The notes below the pieces were generated by a model. The model did no database searches. It was not told where the DNA came from and saw nothing but the letters and a program-made list of their open reading frames with translations. The translations under genes were made by a program, and so were the position numbers. A stretch of 64,000 bases of DNA from Naegleria gruberi (Eukaryota), in assembly GCA_000004985.1 (NCBI GenBank), contig GG738852.1. The stretch is one strand, 5' to 3'. Shown here piece after piece: positions 21,932 to 33,308 of this stretch. The first letter of the stretch is position 1. Every line of letters begins with the position of its first letter.

Positions 21932-23617
21932 ATGTCAGCAATGATGTTCATCATTAAATTTCTCATCGTTACCATTTGTTTAATCCAAATTTGTGTTCAC
22001 TCAACATTGAACGATGAAATATTCAACTCTGTAATATCTACCAATCAATTACCATTTGAAATGCCATCTTTTGATCAAGTGTTAAATTCCAACAAGTTTG
22101 TTCTCGCTCATTATTTCAAACCCTTTCCACTTTCAATTGATAATAAGAATCCATCTCAAGATTATTATTCAGTTAATTATTTACAACCATCAGGAGAGGG
22201 AAATAAATTTATAAAACAAGGTGGTTTTTTGAGAGTGAGACCTCTTCCAATATTTGCACCACAAAATGCTTCAAATATTTATTGGAAATTAACAAATATG
22301 GAAAAGGAAGTGAGAATGGCAATTGCTAGAGGTATTAATGGATGGTCCTATGATATTTTGAGTGTTAAGGATATTGGTAATGGAACTTGTTTTTATAAGG
22401 GGACTTTATGTGAATTGTCAATCATGTTGCAAGCTGTTAAAAATGTTGATTCTCAATCAAGATTTAAAGTAGTTTTAATGCCAGATATGTCTTCTTCACT
22501 TTCACTATCAGATATTGTAACAATAGTTAAATATTTATATAATGACACTGCCATTTATAGAAATGGTTCAAAACCTGTCATTGCACCATTTTATGCAGAA
22601 GGTGTTTCACCAATTCAATGGCAAAGTTTATTACAAAATTTAACAAGTGATGGATTTCCAATACTTTTACTTCCAACATTTTTAACTATTTCTTCAAAAT
22701 ATATTAATGTAGAAATGTATGCTAATATTAGTATTGGAATGGGTGTTTGGGCAACTGTTGGAGTGCCAACACAAGGTTCTTCATCTATTGCATATGCTTC
22801 AACTGTTAGGAATGCAAAATCTAATAATTCTTTATTATTTTGGCTGGGAATGATGCCACAAACTTATAAACCAAAAGATTGCATACTCTATGATTCGTAT
22901 AACAGTTTAGCTTATAGAAATGCATGGATGTCTACTTTACAAACAAATGCAGATATTGTTCATGTGGCAACTTGGAATGATTTTAGTGAAAGTGGTCAAT
23001 TACAACCAATTACTGATTTACAAAATACAACAGGAAACGGATTTTATGATTTAACAGCTTATTATGCACATTGGTGGAGAACTGGATTACAACCAACTAT
23101 TATTAGAGATGTTGTTTATTATTTTTATAGAAAGGAAGCCACCAATGCCTATGCACCTAATATGGGATGTAATTTTACAATGGGAATTTCACAAAGTGTT
23201 TCAAATCAAATTGAAGTATTGACCTTTACAACAGATCAATCAATTTTAACAATTATTATTGAGAATTCAAATTATACATTTATGATTAATTCAAGTGGTA
23301 TTAATTCTTTCTTTATTCCATTACAAGCTGGAAAACCAAATATTCAATTATGGAGAAATGGAATTAATATCATTACTGTAGAAGGAAATCATGAAATTTT
23401 TGCAACCAATGTTGGATTACCGAATGGAGTATTGGATTTGACTTATTGGAGCGGAAGTACTGCTTCTTTTATTACACCTTCGAAAAGTGTAAATACTTTT
23501 ACTTCCTCTAATAGAAACGTGGGTAGCTCAATAGTTGCAATTTCCAAATGTTCAACTCATGTGAATATGTTTATTCCATTATTCTTTGTATTCATTGCAA
23601 TATTATTAATATTTTAA
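21932..23617 (+). CDS. Secreted glycoside hydrolase, GH71-like (alpha-1,3-glucanase / mutanase family)
   Basis: N-terminal signal peptide (MSAMMFIIKFLIVTICLIQICV). HVATWNDFSESGQLQP resembles the GH71 VTWNDYGESHY block. C-terminal hydrophobic tail (possible GPI or TM). 561 aa, single exon. Family call is from memory of GH71 motifs. Confidence 0.55.
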   Translation: MSAMMFIIKFLIVTICLIQICVHSTLNDEIFNSVISTNQLPFEMPSFDQVLNSNKFVLAHYFKPFPLSIDNKNPSQDYYSVNYLQPSGEGNKFIKQGGFLRVRPLPIFAPQNASNIYWKLTNMEKEVRMAIARGINGWSYDILSVKDIGNGTCFYKGTLCELSIMLQAVKNVDSQSRFKVVLMPDMSSSLSLSDIVTIVKYLYNDTAIYRNGSKPVIAPFYAEGVSPIQWQSLLQNLTSDGFPILLLPTFLTISSKYINVEMYANISIGMGVWATVGVPTQGSSSIAYASTVRNAKSNNSLLFWLGMMPQTYKPKDCILYDSYNSLAYRNAWMSTLQTNADIVHVATWNDFSESGQLQPITDLQNTTGNGFYDLTAYYAHWWRTGLQPTIIRDVVYYFYRKEATNAYAPNMGCNFTMGISQSVSNQIEVLTFTTDQSILTIIIENSNYTFMINSSGINSFFIPLQAGKPNIQLWRNGINIITVEGNHEIFATNVGLPNGVLDLTYWSGSTASFITPSKSVNTFTSSNRNVGSSIVAISKCSTHVNMFIPLFFVFIAILLIF

Positions 23618-24276
23618 TATTGAGATTATCTTCGAAGCTTATTTACTTCAGTGAAGGTAATCTTTACCATATAAACTTTACAAAAGGGAAATTTTGAGTA
23701 CTCAATCTTTCAAGAACAAAATAAATGTTGGGCCAAAACCTTTCCATTCTTTCGAACATTCTGTTTGAACGTATGACCAATATAACTGTTAATCTTTCGA
23801 AACTCAAATTTAGCTAAAATTCAATAAAAGTAAATGGCATTGGTGACAAATCGTTTGAGATTGTTGAATATTTTACGACAATTATCGAAATTGAATTAAT
23901 TCACTCGGCAGCAGTAGAAACATAAAACGGAACCTTCAAAAGATAATCCAAAGAAGAATCATATTCTTGAACCATATATCGTATCTTGTTTGCAAAACCT
24001 AGCACAAATTCCCTTTCTTAATTAATTTGAATTCTCCCTTGCTTAATAGATTCAAATTTGTGCTAATATAAGATAGTAAACTTAACCATCAGTTCAATTT
24101 CAAATCGTTTAAAGATTTCATGGGTTTAGATTTAGAGTCAATTCTCCCAACTCCCCAATATATTTAATGGCTAATATTATTGTTACAATGCTCTCAAACA
24201 CAAGACTCACTCAACTATTTAACTGTTTCAATTCTCCAACTGAATACATAATCAACAATTTTACCAAATTAAAAAA

Positions 24277-27054
24277 ATGTCGCTAATCTACTTGGACTAT
24301 AATGCTACCACACCAATAGATGTTGCAGTCTCCTCTGCAATGATTCCATACATGACCCAACATTTTGGCAATCCATCTTCGTCTCATCACTACGGCACTA
24401 TTACTAAGAAGGCAGTCACACGATCACGTATTCAAGTTTCACAATTGTTGAATTGTCATCCCGATGAGGTGATTTTTACGAGGTTTGTTTTTTAATGCAA
24501 ATTATGAATGACACACTGTAAAACAGTGGAGGAACAGAAAGTAATAATTATGCAATCAAGGTGTGTTTTAATCAATTTTATAATAATAATAATTTTATTC
24601 ATCTAATTTTAACATTAATACCTAAAAATTGGAATTGATCAATTAATTTAAATGAATTTTAATGAATTATTAAAGGGTATTGTGGAGAATGCCCTGTTAA
24701 ACTCAAGTGATCGAATCATTCATTGTATTACATCTAGAGTTGAACATCCTTCAGTGATGGAAGTTTTCAAATTTCTAGAACAAAGATATAGTCGAGTAAG
24801 AGTAACGTATTGTGGTGTTGATGAGAATGGCACGATTAGATTGGACGAATTTAAAAATGCACTGAGTAGGGAGACTCTTTTGGTTAGTGTCATGCATTCG
24901 AATAATGAAGTTGGCACACTGCAACCAATTAGAGAAATTGGAAAATTAATTAGAAGTTTTGAAAAGGAGAATCAAATGGAGAGAAATTCAATCATTTTAC
25001 ATACAGATGCTGCTCAAAGTATTGGAAAAACTTTAATTTCATTATATGAGAAACCATTATACTCTTACATTGATGATGAGGAACAAGGAAAGAAAATTGA
25101 CTTGGACAGAAATGAAATTAGGAACAAGGTGATGGCTCTCAATGAGAATTTTGTAAGTGATCTCTTTGGAACGAGTAGTGATACGGAGGAAGAGGATATC
25201 ACACCGGTTCACCTACTTTCTGTATGTACACACAAATTCTATGGTCCAAAGGGTGTTGGTGCCTTATTTATCAGAAGAAATTGTGGCATTCAATTAGAGA
25301 AACAAGTGCATGGAGCTTCTGTTCATGAGAGAGGATACAGAAGTGGTACTGAGAATGTTATTCTAGTTGTTGGATTAGGTAAAGCCTGTGAGCAATGCCT
25401 TATTCATATGGTTGACAGAGTTGAACACATGTTTACAACAAGGGAGAAACTTTACAATGGATTGTTAAACAACTTGTCAAATATTGTACAAATCAAACTG
25501 AATGGTCATCCAGAGAAGAGACTTCCAAACACTTTGAATATTTCTTTTGCTGGAATTGAGGCTAATACAATTTTAGATGATCTCTCCCAACACATTGCAG
25601 CAAGTGCTGGTTCAGCTTGCCACTCTTCATCTCATGAGGAAGGCGCAGAGAAGAAAATTGTAATTTCACAAATATTGGCTGAAATGGGAGTGGATGTAAA
25701 TATTGCTATGGGAACTATACGTTTCTCAACTGGTTTATTATTGACAAATGATGAGGTTGAGAGTGCTATTCACCATGTTACTGATACTATTAGCAAATTG
25801 AGTGGTGGAAATGCATCTTTTGCAATTACTTCTCAATTAAGCAATAGTTTATTCACACCAATAGAAGTTCCATCTATCAAATCAGGACTGGATTTGGCAA
25901 TGAAAAGAGTAGTGGAAGATATGGTTGAACCTTCATTTTCTGCAGAGAATGAGGGATTCAATGTGAAACTCACCTCCACAACTCACGGATTGGGATGTGG
26001 ATGCAAGATTAGAGCACAAACACTCTCAAGTATTTTGAGCAAGATACCAAAGCAACCATTCGATCCTAATGTTCTGGTTGGAACTGAGACGAGTGACGAT
26101 TGTGGTGTGTACAAGCTTACTTCTGAGCTTGCACTGTGCGCCACTGTTGACTTTTTTACACCTATTGTCGATTCTCCAAAAGATTTCGGAGCCATTGCAT
26201 GCGCCAACGCCTTAAGTGATGTTTATGCAATGGGAGGAGAGTGTAAAGTTGCTCTCAATATTGTGGCCTTCCCAGTTAAGAGACTCTCATTAGATATTTT
26301 ACAATTGATTCTGCAAGGTGCACAAGAAAAAGCCAGTGAAGCTGGTGTTACCATCATTGGTGGTCACTCAATAGAAGATAATGAACCAAAGTTTGGTATG
26401 TGTGTCAGTGGCTTGGTTCATCCTGAACGAATTTGGAAGAATGTTGGATGCAGAAATGGAGATGTACTCTTATTGACCAAACCTATTGGTACAGGAGTAC
26501 TCACTACAGCCATGAAGAAAGGACTTATTGGACCTAATGATGATTGTTCCAAGAAGTGTATCGAATGGATGTCCACACTTAATAAGAGTGCCTCAGAAAT
26601 TTTGAGAGGCTTGCACAGAGTAAATTCATCCTCCACACCATATGAAATACATGCCTGCACGGATATTACAGGTTTTGGATTAATGGGTCACTTAAGAGAA
26701 ATGATTACTGGAGACAATCAAGATAATTTATATGCACAAATTGAATCTGAAAAAGTTCCATTCATGGACAAGGCCTATGAAATGATTCTCTCAGATATCA
26801 TTCCTGGTGGTACAATTAACAATATGAATTTTGTTCAAAAGATCACTAAATTCAATGAGAGTGTTAGTCAAATTGTAAGAACTTTATTGTGTGATGCTCA
26901 AACCTCTGGTGGTCTCTTATTTAGTGTTTCTCCACATGAGAGTGAGGAAATTATTTCTGATTTCAAGAGATTAGGTATTTCAATATGGACAGTTGGTTCT
27001 ATTAAGCAACATGATACATGTTCCAATGATAATTGTACCATTCACGTATTGTAA
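24277..27054 (+). CDS. Fusion protein: N-terminal NifS-like class-V aminotransferase (cysteine desulfurase / selenocysteine lyase) joined to C-terminal selenophosphate synthetase (SelD/SPS, Cys type); 3 exons including a 34-nt micro-exon
   Basis: Exons 24277..24482, 24527..24560 (micro-exon encoding (S)GGTESNNYAIK) and 24676..27054, with GTTTGT..AG and GTGTGT..AG introns. Frames checked. The NifS part is YLDYNATTPID...HHYGT...FTSGGTESNN...SVMHSNNEVGT...FSAHKFYGPKG.... The SPS part runs from about 25950 and includes HGLGCGCKI (Cys, no in-frame TGA), VLVGTETSDDCGVYKL, DFFTPIVDSPKDFGAIA. Confidence 0.8.
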
Positions 27055-27075
27055 GAATGATCTAGTTAAAATACT

Positions 27076-28713
27076 TTAATTATTGTCACTAGGTGTGGTG
27101 GTTAATACACTATTTTCTACAAGTTCAATATCTGTTGGTTTTGTAACGGGAGCAGAAGGTTCTGAAATGATTGAAGTTGGAGTGTGACAATCCTCCGAAA
27201 TTAGTGAGCTAGTAGAATTGGAAAGCGTTTCACTTTGTCCAGGCACTGTCAAATATTGATTGAATTGTGGAGCGGTAACATTCCCATTGTCCTTAGAGTG
27301 GTCGATACTAAATGATGGAGTCATTGGTGATGTTGGCTCACCACTGTAAACACTATCTGTATCCACCATTGCACTTGTTGTATTACTTTTACCTTCGATG
27401 TGTTTCTTCTTCATTCTTCTATCGAATGTCTTTTCTGTATAATTAAATAATGGATTGTACAACATGAGTACAACAATTGCAAAGCTCAAAATTCCAAATG
27501 AATTGACAAAATAATGAGCTGTTTCCCAAATATCATTTCCACTCACTCTTGTAATTGTTTGTAAAATCATAGCAACCACCTGCAGAATTGCACAAAAAGA
27601 CAAACCTAATTGTAACACAATAATCTTGGCAAATCTTTTCCTCTTGACACACAACTTCTTTTGTTCTCTCTGAGACTTGACAGCTTGTTTGTTGATTGTT
27701 GAGACAACCTTAAATCCATAAATGTTAAACAGTATTGTTTCTGCAATAATCATTGAGCAATCAATTAAAAAGATGGAAATGTAGAATGCTAAGAGGAAAT
27801 CTTTCACAATTGCCAGTCTAGCCAATAAATAGCCAACTGATATTACAATCATAATCAAGGAAGCAATTACAAAGTAGAGAATATTTCCAGAAATGATCGA
27901 AATTTGTAAAATCTTGAAAGCTTTGGGTGAGATGGCTCCAATTTTCTGACATGTCGTCAAACTATCTCAATATATTAACATATTTAAATTTCCAAAATAC
28001 ACTTACAATACATTCAAAACAAAACACATAATAACTAAGGTAGTTGTCATATTTCCAAATGTGAGTCCCAACTCTGCACTGGCAAATACAAAGAATGCTG
28101 CAATCTGATGTCTCAAACTCTCATCTGTAATTGTAATGGAAGTCAATTGTTTAAATGAATTATCCAACGTGATTGAGAGAATATCACTCACACTTCTCAC
28201 ACACAATGCCAAGATTTGAATGACAACCAAACAAATAACCATGCAAAACATTACTTTTTGATTCTTATTCATGACTGCTTCCTTCTTTTCTTGTCCAGAA
28301 TTTGATTTTCCATTTGTTTGTTGCTGATTATTTTGATGATTGTTAGAGTGTACTGAGAAACTACTTCTGTGACTTTGACTCACTTCTCCTCTACTATTCG
28401 AAACTGCTGTTGGTCCATTAGTAGTATTACTTCCAGAGGCTTGCTTTGATGATTGCTGGTGTTGTACATGATCCGATGAGGAGGCTGATGCTGGTTGATT
28501 ATGAATAGAGGATAGAGACATTGGATCCTCTTCCTTTTCGCACCACTTGGAAGTATTTCTCAACTTGACACTAATGATGAAAGAAATGAATAAGAGCAAA
28601 TAGGTTAAGAATGCAACGAGAAAGAATGAACTGATTCCAATACTAGCTGCAGCGTAGGGAACCTCTTTTAAATAATACTTGACGTAGGTGGCATTGTAGG
28701 TCAGCTGATCCAT
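27076..28713 (-). CDS. Multi-pass membrane protein (about 8 TM) with Ser/Asn/Gln-rich loop, unknown family; 2 exons
   Basis: Exons 28007..28713 and 27076..27961 (minus strand), joined by a 45-nt GTAAGT..AG intron (27962..28006), phase 2. The junction reads ...VLNV-F-LTTCQK. ATG at 28711-28713. ORF-track M at 27960 is TTG. Confidence 0.45.
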
Positions 28714-29039
28714 TTTGTATTTTGTATGTTTGTTTGTTTTTTCTGAATAGTTGATGGAATCAAGATTCAGAGGTAGATGCTAGCATGATGTTTATGTTTT
28801 TTGAAAAGAGCATACATTTTGGGATGACTAAAACCAAATGGAAACAATCCTATTTTTTGTAATAAATTCGCGTGTACTCATTTTCTTTGTTGAGATTTGT
28901 TCTTCTCAAAAGGAAAGAACTACTTTGTTCATGAAAGTATCAATGAGGAAGTTAGGTGATAATTGTATGAAATTGAAAAGTTATTTGGAAATTAATGATT
29001 CAATAAGGAATACCAATTGTATTTTCTATTAATTATAAA

Positions 29040-31088
29040 TTAATTTTTAATACCTTGTTGTGTTGCTACATATAATAACTCTTTCAGGCCAGCAATTTCA
29101 AAATTTTTCAATTCAACTCTTTTTCTTTCAGTAACCAGTTTCTTCCTCAGATAGGTTGGGTTTTTGAAAAATGGAATTCCTTGTTCGTGCACAAGCTCTG
29201 ATTCTTCTTCTTCTGTTTCTGAAGTTGGAATCTCAGCAAGATTCATGACTGGTTGAGGCGGAGGAGACTTGGATATTCCATTCGATTTGGTAGTCGATTT
29301 AGTGGTATTCGAAATGGTTGAAACATTGGAAGGGGACTTTTTGTTACTGGAAGGCATGCTAGTAGGAGTTGACATGTTACTGATATTTGTAGGAACATTT
29401 GGGGTCACTGCTGGCGTACTATTAGATGCACTCTTAGAAATCTTTCCAGTTGTTGATGGACTTCTCTTCTGGGAGCTGTTTGTAGCGCTTGGAGTTTGGT
29501 ACTTTTCAGTATTCCTTGTTGGAGGAGAGCAATCTCTAGAATGCTTATTGCTTGAAGATTGCTCTGGTTCGTCAACATTGGAGTTTGGCGATTGAACAAT
29601 GTGAGAGTTTTCTTTCAAAACATTATTCTCCTGCTTTAAACTTTCAATTCTATCAACTAATTTGTGTTTTAACTTTTTGTATCTTTCCAGCTTTTCAATC
29701 ATCTTTTCATACTTTTCAACAAAGGTTGAGAATTGAAGCTTGGTTTGATCGAATTCCTTAACAAAATTCACCAAATCTTTTTCTTGATGCTTAATCTTTT
29801 TGGATTTGGTATGAAGCTCCTTTTGTTGTGATCCAATTTGAGCTTCAAGTTCTGAAATTCTCATATTTTGTTCCTCTATTCTCTTCTCAAGTCTTGCAAT
29901 TGTTTCTGCTTGTTGAGAGCACCTATCGTTGGATGATCGTAGTTGTTCTGTGGCTCTTGAAAGCTCCCCTTCCAAATTATTTACATTTTCGCTTAATCCT
30001 CTATTCTCGGTTTGCAGCTTGTCAATCTGAGTGGCGAGTTGTTGCGATGTTTCTGAAAGAGAGTCTAACCTCTCCTTCCAAGTTTTCTTTAGGGTCAACA
30101 ACTTTTGATTCTCTTCGGCCATCCTTTGTTGTTGATTGTAGTATTGTTCATTTAGTGCCTTTTCGTTTTTGAAACCTTCGTTAGCAATTTTCTCTCTTCT
30201 TTGACTTTCCATAAGTTCATTTTCGAGCATTGCTAATTTCCTTTCTAAATCTCTGTTCTTCTTTTCTAAATCCCATTTTTCTTTCTCATTCCATTTAGCG
30301 TCAAAGTCAATTGAAGATTTAACTTCATTGTCACCGTCATAGCCATTAGAAGCTGCCACTGATTCAAACCTATTAAGTAAATTTTTTGATGGTGAAACTG
30401 TTTTAGAGAGATCTGTTTTTTCCATAGAAGCTATTTGTTGATTCAGAGGATTTCTAATGGTCACATGAATGTCATTGAATCCATCACTTGCCATTATGGC
30501 TGTAGCAGAATCATCATCATCGTCCATCACCATAAGGCTGTTTAGAATATTTTGTCCAGTCTGAGAATCTATTGTTTGATTGGAATTCTTTTGCCAATTT
30601 TTAAGAGTGGTCACCACTGATATTAATGAATCTGATTTTTCGGAATCTGAACTGCTTGAAGTCTTGTTGTCATATTCTCCAAAATGAGAAATTAGTTCAT
30701 GAGATGAGAGTTTTCCAATACTTTGTTTCATTTCTTTAAGGTCGTATTTAAATTCAAGAAGTTCATTATCATCACTCTTCCTTATTCTTTGGGCTCTTCC
30801 GAACATGTCATCCCATTCAGTGTCATCTTCCTCTGAGAGCATTGAAGTATCGTAATTAGTGCTGAAACTTTCATCCAATTGCGAAAGTTCCTTTGCCTTG
30901 GAACTATTGAGACTAGTTCCAGTCGATTGTTGAGATGTATTTGTTGCAAGTAATTCAATCTTATTCGGTGAGGGTTGTTGAGGTGGAAGATTGCTACAAG
31001 CAAAATTAGCACCAGAATTGTTATTTGGTGTGTTAGGATTACTGGTCCTTTTCTTTGCGGGTGATGATGAATTTGAGAGAACCATCAT
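29040..31088 (-). CDS. Long coiled-coil protein with Ser/Thr/Asn-rich tail (unknown function)
   Basis: 682-aa ORF with ATG at 31086-31088. The central ~250 aa form heptad-rich coiled coil (LERKLAMLENELMESQRREK...). Low-complexity N- and C-terminal regions. Confidence 0.5.
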   Translation of the reverse strand: MMVLSNSSSPAKKRTSNPNTPNNNSGANFACSNLPPQQPSPNKIELLATNTSQQSTGTSLNSSKAKELSQLDESFSTNYDTSMLSEEDDTEWDDMFGRAQRIRKSDDNELLEFKYDLKEMKQSIGKLSSHELISHFGEYDNKTSSSSDSEKSDSLISVVTTLKNWQKNSNQTIDSQTGQNILNSLMVMDDDDDSATAIMASDGFNDIHVTIRNPLNQQIASMEKTDLSKTVSPSKNLLNRFESVAASNGYDGDNEVKSSIDFDAKWNEKEKWDLEKKNRDLERKLAMLENELMESQRREKIANEGFKNEKALNEQYYNQQQRMAEENQKLLTLKKTWKERLDSLSETSQQLATQIDKLQTENRGLSENVNNLEGELSRATEQLRSSNDRCSQQAETIARLEKRIEEQNMRISELEAQIGSQQKELHTKSKKIKHQEKDLVNFVKEFDQTKLQFSTFVEKYEKMIEKLERYKKLKHKLVDRIESLKQENNVLKENSHIVQSPNSNVDEPEQSSSNKHSRDCSPPTRNTEKYQTPSATNSSQKRSPSTTGKISKSASNSTPAVTPNVPTNISNMSTPTSMPSSNKKSPSNVSTISNTTKSTTKSNGISKSPPPQPVMNLAEIPTSETEEEESELVHEQGIPFFKNPTYLRKKLVTERKRVELKNFEIAGLKELLYVATQQGIKN

Positions 31089-31193
31089 GATGAAAATATC
31101 TTCTTCTTCTTCTTCTTAGTAAAGGCTTTTTTGCTAGATTAAAATCAGGCCACCAACAAAGCCTTCTTAGTGTTTCTTTTTTTTTAAATATTT

Positions 31194-31248
31194 TTTCCCG
31201 CTTTATGATTACATTTTTCAAAAAGCGCCAAATTTTTTCCCGCCAAAA
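31194..31248. promoter_or_regulatory. Cluster of three E2F-type motifs (TTTSSCGC) in the divergent promoter between the coiled-coil gene and the pseudouridine synthase gene
   Basis: TTTCCCGC at 31194-31201; GCGCCAAA (rc TTTGGCGC) at 31225-31232; TTTCCCGCCAAAA at 31236-31248. The cluster lies about 110-160 bp upstream of the ATG at 31088 (minus strand). Confidence 0.4.
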
Positions 31249-31569
31249 GGAATTTGTTTTATCTTGTAAAAACTAACACAAATAAATTATTTATCAGCTG
31301 GGTGCTTATAGTAGGTAGGAAGCATTATCGCTCATGAAATAGCTCAGCGGGAAGTCAGAAAGTTGTCATCATAATCAATTCACTGAATTGGGTAAGGAAA
31401 TAAAAAATGACAAGTTTAAATCGAGATGATTTATGGTTAACATTTTCTTACCTTTTAAAAAAATATTTACAAGTAGAAAATAATAAAGCAGTGTGATGGT
31501 GAGGATTAACAAGAGGCCATTCACATCAACAACAACTGATTAGAAAACCAGAAAATTAATTAGCAATGA

Positions 31570-33262
31570 ATGGTATTAATTTTGATTGAACAAAAAAATG
31601 ACGAAAAGAAGGTTTGTACCATCAACAAGACGAGAATATTTAATTCAAATTATTTCAGAGTTTTGGCTTGTATCGGATATTGTGGATTCGGACTGAAAGG
31701 TTCTCAATTACAGACACCATACTCTCATGCCTACAGTATGTTGTTTCAACCTATTTAAATATACTCAATAATTTCATTGAATTTGAATATCGGAATATTA
31801 TCGGAATGTAGCTGTTGAGGGTGTGATGGCAAAAAGACTTGTTCAAAATGGATTGGTCAAGGAAATTAACTTTTTAAATCCAACAAACATGGGATTTGAG
31901 AGAAGTAGTAGAACTGACAAGGGTGTCCACTCTGTTGCCAATTTCATTTCATTTAAAGCCGAGTCGGATGTGGATAAAAGAGATGAATATGAAGCTGGAG
32001 CATTTTTAGATTTTGTGAAACAAGCTCTCAACTCTAAAAATCCAATAAGGGAAGATATTGCAAAATTTGCAGTCTCTGAAGAACAAATTCAAAAAAATCA
32101 GGATAGAGGAAAGGATATTTATCAAAGTTTTGCAGAGGTAGCTCCAAATACAGCAGATCCTAAATTGAATATTTTTCATTTGACCATAACACCAAGAAGA
32201 TTCAATCCAAGACATAATGCTCTTGTGAGAGGATACGAATATGTTTTGCCGTTTGAAATTATTACCAATCTTATTTCCAAGTTTGACACCTCAAATACTA
32301 AGCTCAGTAACTTGATGGAATTGAGTGGATTGACCCCACAAAAGCCATTATCAACTCTAAATGACACTGAAAAACTCAATCTTGCTTCCATAATTTGCAA
32401 CAAGTTGAATACAATTTTGAATCAATATCAAGGCACTCACTCATTCCATAATTTTACTGTAAAGGGAGAAAATAATGAAACATTTGAGAGATTGATTTTT
32501 CACTGCTATGCCAAGCCAACTCTAATTACTATTGATGGAACAACTCATACAGTTATTAAATTCAAGATATCTGGTAATGGATTCCTTCAGCATCAAATTA
32601 GAAAAATGATTTCCAGTAGTGTTTTGAACTTGATAGCTCCAGAAATTGTGGATCAGGAATATGTTGACTTTGCCATCGAAACGAGGCAAAAAATTTACTT
32701 GAGTAAAGTACCAGGGGAGCATCTTATCCACACAAGGACAATCCTTCTCGATGAAGCTATTGAGAAGTTGTACGTGAATAATTGTAGAGAAAAGCAAATT
32801 GCCTACAAGAATAACATTCTCTATCCAGAAATACTTAGCAAGCATAAAGATTATTTGGAAGAAACTTGGAATATGTATGCTCAGGAAATTATGGACTATG
32901 GAAATGAGTGGCTGGAGGGAAAGGATAAGGTTAAAAATCAAGCAAGAGAAGAAATTGAAAAAGCAAATAATAGAGCAATTGAAAAAGCACAAAGAGAAAT
33001 GATTATTAGGAGGAAACTTTTGGATCAAGGTACTCCATTAAATGAAGACAAGGTTCTTCCAAGAGGTTACAGAGCTCACTTTTATGTCAAGTTTAAAGTT
33101 TACCCAACCGATGCCAAGGCAGCCAATGCTCTTAATACTCTCGTAGAATGGACTCTTGCAAAGAAAATTGACCTCTTCTCAGAATATGAACCACTCGATT
33201 CAATTGTTGTCTCGGAAGGGTTAATGGATCCAAATGAAATTCTTCATGGTGAGGAGTTATAA
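31570..33262 (+). CDS. tRNA pseudouridine synthase, TruA/Pus1 family; 2 exons
   Basis: Exon 1 31570..31735 encodes ...YFRVLACIGYCGFGLKGSQLQ (the YcGxgYxGxQ motif). A 76-nt GTATGT..AG intron (31736..31811) follows, phase 1. Exon 2 31812..33262 contains the catalytic RTDKGVHSVANFISFK. The ORF-track start at 31823 is a GTG. Confidence 0.7.
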
Positions 33263-33308
33263 ATTTTTGTTGAAATCAACTAAGAAATATGATGGAAACT
33301 GAAATAAT

